A DNA stretch of 22,527 bases from Candidatus Hodarchaeota archaeon (GTDB taxonomy: Archaea; Asgardarchaeota; Heimdallarchaeia; Hodarchaeales; Hodarchaeaceae). Positions 17,504-22,527 of the stretch are shown here, piece after piece (the first letter of the stretch is position 1; every line of letters begins with the position of its first letter). Both the position numbers and the translations under genes were made by a program. The stretch is from the NCBI GenBank assembly GCA_029856365.1, contig JAHQWW010000057.1:1-22527 (forward strand). Direction: 5' to 3'. The notes under the pieces were generated by a model. The model worked only from the letters and a program-made list of their open reading frames with translations. It was not told the DNA's origin and made no database searches.

Positions 17504-17967
17504 TGGCTTGGATGGGTGCAATCGCTGCAGCAGCTGCCTGTTGTAATGACGGAAGGCGGCGTAAAAGACCAAGTAAATCATTACTCTTGGTTACTATCTT
17601 CAGCCTCGTACTCGGAATTTTTGTCCCTCTGGTAATCATCCTTGGAATGAATAGTAGTAGCACAATGACACTTTTTCCAATAATATTCATTTTCATAATT
17701 ATGATTGGAATGATTGTGTTAGTTGCTGCTGGTTTCTCTGAATCTTTTGATCAAGCTAATGAAACAGGAATAGCAGATGGAGTAAATTACAGAAGTTCTG
17801 ATAGAAATCAGAAACAAAGAAATACCTTCTATCGAAAATACGAACCTAAAGAAGAATACTATTGGGGATCTGAACCGAAATCAACCGCTCACTTCTGTAC
17901 CAATTGTGGTATGCGATTAGAGTCAGATGATCGGTTCTGTTCTTCCTGTGGTCGGAGGGTAAATTAA
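17503..17967 (+). CDS. Two-TM membrane protein with C-terminal zinc ribbon
   Basis: Two hydrophobic segments and FCTNCG...RFCSSCG. GGAGGT SD. Confidence 0.85.
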   Translation: MAWMGAIAAAAACCNDGRRRKRPSKSLLLVTIFSLVLGIFVPLVIILGMNSSSTMTLFPIIFIFIIMIGMIVLVAAGFSESFDQANETGIADGVNYRSSDRNQKQRNTFYRKYEPKEEYYWGSEPKSTAHFCTNCGMRLESDDRFCSSCGRRVN

Positions 17968-17991
17968 TTTCAAAAAAATGGTGTAAAAACA

Positions 17992-18801
17992 ATGCAACTA
18001 CAAGAAACTCTAACTGAAACAAAACAAACAAGAAAGGTACTTATCCGAACGGATAAGCTATCAAAGTATTATGGAAAAGATATCAAAGCTGTTGATGAGC
18101 TTGATCTTGAGGTTTATGAGGGCGAAACATTCGGTTTGTTAGGCCCTAACGGAGCTGGAAAGACGACCACTGTTCGCCTCTTAAACTGTATTCTGAAACC
18201 AACCAGTGGAACTGCTGACGTAAATGGTTATAATATCACTAAAGACTCTACTCAGGTGAAAACTATAACCGGGTTGTTGGCAGAGTCACCAGGGTTGTAT
18301 GAGAAGCTCAGTGCTTATGAGTTTCTCGAATTCATTGGAGCTTTATACAACATCAAAGGAAAGATGTTGAAAAAGCGGATTGATGAGCTTTTGAAGCTGT
18401 TTGGTCTCACTGATAGAAAAGATTATCTTCTTGAAGGTTTTAGCACAGGAATGAAGCAAAAAGTATTGATTGCTGCAGCATTGATCCACGACCCTGCGAT
18501 TATCTTCTTCGATGAACCAACTGCAGGATTAGATCCTCGTGCTGCTCACATGGTTAAAGATTTGATTAATGGGTTAGCAGATCAGCTTGGTAGAACTGTT
18601 GTCATTTGTAGCCATATTCTTCCAATTGTGGAAGAGCTTTGCGATCGAATTGGGATTATTAACCAAGGACGACTCATTGCTGTAGGTACAGTAGACGAAA
18701 TCATTACTCAAGCAGGAACCAACACATTGGAAGAAGCATTCATCGCTCTAACTGGAGGAGTTGATGAAAAAGAACTCCTGGCTTGGAGGAATCACAGTTG
18801 A
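17992..18801 (+). CDS. ABC-2-type exporter ATP-binding subunit
   Basis: GPNGAGKT, FSTGM, IIFFDEP and CSH motifs. Confidence 0.95.
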   Translation: MQLQETLTETKQTRKVLIRTDKLSKYYGKDIKAVDELDLEVYEGETFGLLGPNGAGKTTTVRLLNCILKPTSGTADVNGYNITKDSTQVKTITGLLAESPGLYEKLSAYEFLEFIGALYNIKGKMLKKRIDELLKLFGLTDRKDYLLEGFSTGMKQKVLIAAALIHDPAIIFFDEPTAGLDPRAAHMVKDLINGLADQLGRTVVICSHILPIVEELCDRIGIINQGRLIAVGTVDEIITQAGTNTLEEAFIALTGGVDEKELLAWRNHS

Positions 18802-20399
18802 TTTCACTCCCCAACTTTTCCTGGTTATCAATTGCTAAAACTGAATATCGTGTGACTACAAGTCGAATTCGAGAAATCAGACCTTATCTCCCCTACATTT
18901 TAATCGGGGGCTTAGCGATTTACACGTTTTTCATTGCGCCCTCCATAATTGATGCTTTTGTCGATGAGTTACATGAATTATTGCTTTCTGCAGTAGCTGT
19001 GGCTCTGATTAATGTTCTCTTCTTTGTATTTTTTGTCATGTTCGCTTCTATGCCAGTCGCATCAACTTTACAGGACATAAAAACAGAACATTTGGAAATC
19101 TACTTATCCTCCCCTGTCAAAACAAGTGATATCTTAATTGGTGAATTCCTAGGAAAAATCCCTTTCTACGCTGCATTTGCAGCAATCATAGGCGGAACGT
19201 TTACAGCAGCTCTTTTCCCTCTCGGTCTAGATGTCTTCCAGATTCTTGTTATCGTTGCGGTTTTCGTAATTCTCTTTTTAACTGCTACTTGGCTAGGTAA
19301 TATGATTGCTGTTCTCTTACGATCTATCCTAATGAAATCAGCCCGAGGAAGAGACATTGGGAAAGGACTAGCAATTGTGGTCATCCTACCATTAGTAGCT
19401 GTTATCTATCTGTTAATTGGTGGATACTATGAAGTTCTTAAAGATCCTCAAAACGCAAAACTCGTACAAGATCTTTTTGGATTCTTTCCATGGGGTTGGA
19501 GTTCTGAAATCATTGTGGCTATGGCACAGAATCCAGGAGATATCTTAGCTGTCGAATTCACAACATTTCTGCAAATCAGTGCATTAGTGACATTCTTCGG
19601 AGGCTCTTTATTAATTGGTGGATTTGTTGCAAACCGTGTTTATAACCTTGAACCAACCTCTTTTTCAGCCTCTAAATCCAAATCAAATAGTTTTTTCTAT
19701 AACTCCATCAAGACGCTCGGTGGTGGTGGAACATCTAGTCTTCTACTTTCATCAGGTTTCAAGACTTATTTCCGTAAAGCGAAGAATATTGCATGGATAA
19801 TCTATGGCGTTGGTTTAATTGTAGTCATGAATATCTTTATTTCTCAACCTGACGATCCTGAAAGTGCATTCATTATGTCCTTATTCATTGGACCGCTATT
19901 AGCTGCTTTTGTTGCCTCCGATATCAGCCTTCAGGGTAAGGAGAATTTATTACTCTATAAACAGACTCCCACGGGAACAAGAAAGTATCTTAGGATCAAG
20001 CTGTATCAATATCTCTTAACCATTCTCCCTATCGTTCTAGTTGTTGAAACTATCGTTAACCTACTCGTCCCAGATATAGCTCTAGAAATTTTGTTGCTCA
20101 ATGTGATCTTGACTCTTCTTATTGCTGCTGCAGCAATAACATTTACCATTGGTTTGTTTCTAGTGAATCCTGCGTTTCATGATAAAACTGGTGAATTCAT
20201 GATAAATTTACAAGTCTGTGTATTTGTCGTTATGATTTCATTCTTTGTCTTACTGATTCCCTTGGATCAGATTCTCTGGGATCTCTTTGCCATCGGGGAT
20301 GCCCTTTACCCTGTTGCAATAATCTACACTGCTTTTCTGTGGATCCTTGGAGTAAGTATGTTTTCTTTTGGCGCAAAAAAGCTAAATAACATGGAATAA
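18798..20399 (+). CDS. ABC exporter permease (about 12 TM); start likely TTG 18798 overlapping upstream TGA
   Basis: Many TM segments and a YLSSPVKTSDILIGEF ABC-2 loop. GGAGGA SD at 18785-18790 with TTGA overlap. Confidence 0.85.
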   Translation: MISLPNFSWLSIAKTEYRVTTSRIREIRPYLPYILIGGLAIYTFFIAPSIIDAFVDELHELLLSAVAVALINVLFFVFFVMFASMPVASTLQDIKTEHLEIYLSSPVKTSDILIGEFLGKIPFYAAFAAIIGGTFTAALFPLGLDVFQILVIVAVFVILFLTATWLGNMIAVLLRSILMKSARGRDIGKGLAIVVILPLVAVIYLLIGGYYEVLKDPQNAKLVQDLFGFFPWGWSSEIIVAMAQNPGDILAVEFTTFLQISALVTFFGGSLLIGGFVANRVYNLEPTSFSASKSKSNSFFYNSIKTLGGGGTSSLLLSSGFKTYFRKAKNIAWIIYGVGLIVVMNIFISQPDDPESAFIMSLFIGPLLAAFVASDISLQGKENLLLYKQTPTGTRKYLRIKLYQYLLTILPIVLVVETIVNLLVPDIALEILLLNVILTLLIAAAAITFTIGLFLVNPAFHDKTGEFMINLQVCVFVVMISFFVLLIPLDQILWDLFAIGDALYPVAIIYTAFLWILGVSMFSFGAKKLNNME

Positions 20400-20434
20400 A
20401 ATCCACTCTTCTTTTTTTTTCTGATAATAAAATT

Positions 20435-21379
20435 ATGGTGAAATACATGAATAAAACGTTAAGAATCATTTTGGTAGGTTTTTTTATTCTCACTTTTGTT
20501 GGACAAGTAATCCTTTTCTTATATTTAGGTGAAAGAAATGCCGCCCTCAATCAAGGAATGTCTATTAGGGGCGCTAGTATTGTTTTCTTCGCGGCAGATG
20601 GGTATTCTGAAAGTGATCTTCAGGGTGTGAAGCAGTATTTTGACCAATGGCGTGGAACGGTTACTATTGCAGGATTATCGGAAACTGTGACTGCTAAAGA
20701 AGCTTCGATGACATCTGATATACTTCTCTCAGATATAGATGAGATAGGAATTTACGATGCGATCGTTTTACCTGGTGGAGATTTAGCACCAGCACTCATT
20801 GCAAATCACCATGTGATGCAGCTTCTTGAAGATGCAAATAATGAAGGTTTAGTGATTGCTGGTATAGGTAATGGAACACTTGTACAGGCTAATGCAGGTC
20901 TTCTAAATGGTAAAAGATTTACAACTCACAGTTCAATTGTAGATAATCTCACAGCAGCAGGGGGTTTATATGTTGATGGAGCTAATGTGGTTGTAGATGG
21001 TACCATTATTACAGTTTCCCCTCCTAACTACGAGGAATTCGCTTACACAGTTGCTAATACCTTGGGTTATTCCTACAATCTTGATATCGATATTTTATTC
21101 GATAAAGAAGAACAAGGTTGGAACTATTCTATCCGTGTTATACCCTCCGACAAACATATTATCAAAAGTATGAGCATTAATCTCTCTATTTCAGGAACTA
21201 ATAATGAAAAATCACTATTTAGCACATATAATCTTGTCGAAAAAGAAGATAGTGTCTTTACAACTAGTTTTGGAATCTTGTCTAATGGTTTCTATGTCGT
21301 AGACATTGAAGTAGAGAGTATCTACGGTAATATAGAATTACATACTGATATTTCGGAATTTTCTGTTGGTGGTAATTAG
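20435..21379 (+). CDS. Membrane-anchored DJ-1/PfpI-fold protein lacking catalytic Cys, with C-terminal beta-rich domain
   Basis: N-terminal TM, YDAIVLPGG, IAGIGNGT (canonical IAAICHG), AGLLNGKRFTTH, VVVDGTIIT. Confidence 0.85.
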   Translation: MVKYMNKTLRIILVGFFILTFVGQVILFLYLGERNAALNQGMSIRGASIVFFAADGYSESDLQGVKQYFDQWRGTVTIAGLSETVTAKEASMTSDILLSDIDEIGIYDAIVLPGGDLAPALIANHHVMQLLEDANNEGLVIAGIGNGTLVQANAGLLNGKRFTTHSSIVDNLTAAGGLYVDGANVVVDGTIITVSPPNYEEFAYTVANTLGYSYNLDIDILFDKEEQGWNYSIRVIPSDKHIIKSMSINLSISGTNNEKSLFSTYNLVEKEDSVFTTSFGILSNGFYVVDIEVESIYGNIELHTDISEFSVGGN

Positions 21380-21456
21380 TCTTGTTAGAAATAAGGGACA
21401 AAGATGGTATTATTACACCATTAATCGTTAAGTATGTAAAATAAAAGTGAAAGAAA

Positions 21457-22335
21457 ATGACAACTCAAAGAATAATGACTGAAATAAACCAAACAAAAGA
21501 GAACCTTATCCGTACGGATAAGTTATCAAAGTATTATGGAAGTGTCAATAATGAGGGTGTTCTAACCGTTAGAGAACTTAAGAAGTACTTCGGAACGGTT
21601 AAAGCGGTCGATGGTCTGTCTTTCACCATCTTTAGTGGCGAAATTTATGGATTACTGGGTCCCAATGGAGCTGGTAAAACGACCACGATTAAATCTATTT
21701 TAGGAATGCTTACTCTCCAAGGAGGAAATATCACTGTCCTGGGTTTTGATCCAATAATTACACCAGAAAAAGTCAAGGAAAACATTGGTTACGTTGCTGA
21801 AGAGCCCGTGCTATACGAATCAATGACTGTTAAGGAATTATTCAACTTCATTGCATCTATTCGACGTCTCGATCCAGAACGTGTTACATCTGTAGCTAAG
21901 GAGTATCTCGTTTCGCTAAATGCTTTGAAGTATTATGACACGTTCATTGGTGGGCTCAGTCGCGGGAACAAGCAAAAGATACAGGTGATTGCTGCATTAC
22001 TTCACGAACCCAAGGTGTTGATATTGGATGAACCTCTTTCAGGACTGGATGCTAAATCTGCACGAGTATTGAAAGAAATATTCCAAATTCACAGAGAGAA
22101 AGGTGGTTCCATTATCCTGTCCACTCACATAATGGAGCAAGCTCAAACATTGTGTGACAGGATTGGTATCATTAACGAGGGTAAGATGGTTGCTGAGGGT
22201 ACATTCGAAGAGCTGCAAGAACTAGCTAAAACCACGGTAGCAACCTCCTTAGAAGACATATTCCTCCATTTAACTGGAGAAACTGAGTCAGCTAAAGGCC
22301 TCATCGAGAAATTAAGGCATCTTTCAAAAAATTGA
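21457..22335 (+). CDS. ABC-2-type exporter ATP-binding subunit with extra N-terminal segment
   Basis: GPNGAGKT, LSRGN, LILDEP and STH motifs. Confidence 0.95.
   Translation: MTTQRIMTEINQTKENLIRTDKLSKYYGSVNNEGVLTVRELKKYFGTVKAVDGLSFTIFSGEIYGLLGPNGAGKTTTIKSILGMLTLQGGNITVLGFDPIITPEKVKENIGYVAEEPVLYESMTVKELFNFIASIRRLDPERVTSVAKEYLVSLNALKYYDTFIGGLSRGNKQKIQVIAALLHEPKVLILDEPLSGLDAKSARVLKEIFQIHREKGGSIILSTHIMEQAQTLCDRIGIINEGKMVAEGTFEELQELAKTTVATSLEDIFLHLTGETESAKGLIEKLRHLSKN
21505..21541 (+). repeat. Dispersed direct repeat of 18040-18076
   Basis: 35/37 nt identical, encoding LIRTDKLSKYYG in both ATPases. Confidence 0.9.
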
Positions 22336-22347
22336 GGGTGAGAAGAG

Positions 22348-22527
22348 TTGTTGAACCGATCTGAATCATGGCGGTTATCAAAGGCCTTATACGAAGAGTG
22401 TTTCTACCAAGGGCAAATAATGACTGGTGGAACCTGGAAAACCAAAATTCTTGAACGATATAAAAAGAATATAACCAGCGCGCGAAGAGTACAATTACTA
22501 ACCTATCTATTACCTTTATTCGTCATG
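22348..22527 (+). CDS. Probable ABC permease, N-terminal part (3' truncated by window)
   Basis: GAGGGTGA SD then TTG. Open frame MLNRSESWRLSKALYEECFYQGQ...LLTYLLPLFVM to the window end, following the ATPase. Confidence 0.7.
   Translation, partial: MLNRSESWRLSKALYEECFYQGQIMTGGTWKTKILERYKKNITSARRVQLLTYLLPLFVM

Noticed and set aside
609-20550. Short overlapping ORFs (609, 2501, 2893, 4287, 5186, 5574, 6011, 7189, 7519, 8800, 8970, 11923, 14638, 14739, 17448, 17846, 19166, 19615, 20230)
   Set aside because: They are antisense or alternate-frame shadows of well-supported genes, with no recognisable motifs.

Overview
An AT-rich archaeal chromosomal segment, most consistent with Asgard archaea (Heimdallarchaeia/Hodarchaeales-like). 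This assignment is an inference from the HMf-type histone, BRE-TATA promoters, a PGF-type C-terminal sorting signal and the protein families present. The window is dense in regulators: ArsR-like wHTH, TetR, Lrp/AsnC, wHTH-GyrI, a REC-DUF835-wHTH response regulator with a triple-PAS histidine kinase, and a sigma-region-4-like HTH with a His/Cys cluster. It also encodes two GNATs, a flavodoxin, small zinc-binding proteins, an 828-aa surface glycoprotein, a histone and a two-ABC-exporter cluster. Main observations: (1) a divergent candidate envelope-stress regulon at 15.7-22.5 kb whose two promoters carry the same 18-bp operator exactly 5 nt after each TATA box; (2) a proline-rich protein ending in a WH2/MIM-like helix; (3) several genes whose Shine-Dalgarno motifs point to CTG/ATT starts, including an unannotated 66-codon ORF; (4) a run of closely packed stem-loops at 15.34-15.68 kb; (5) an ABC ATPase with a grafted N-terminus. 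No rRNA, tRNA, CRISPR array or transposase was recognised.
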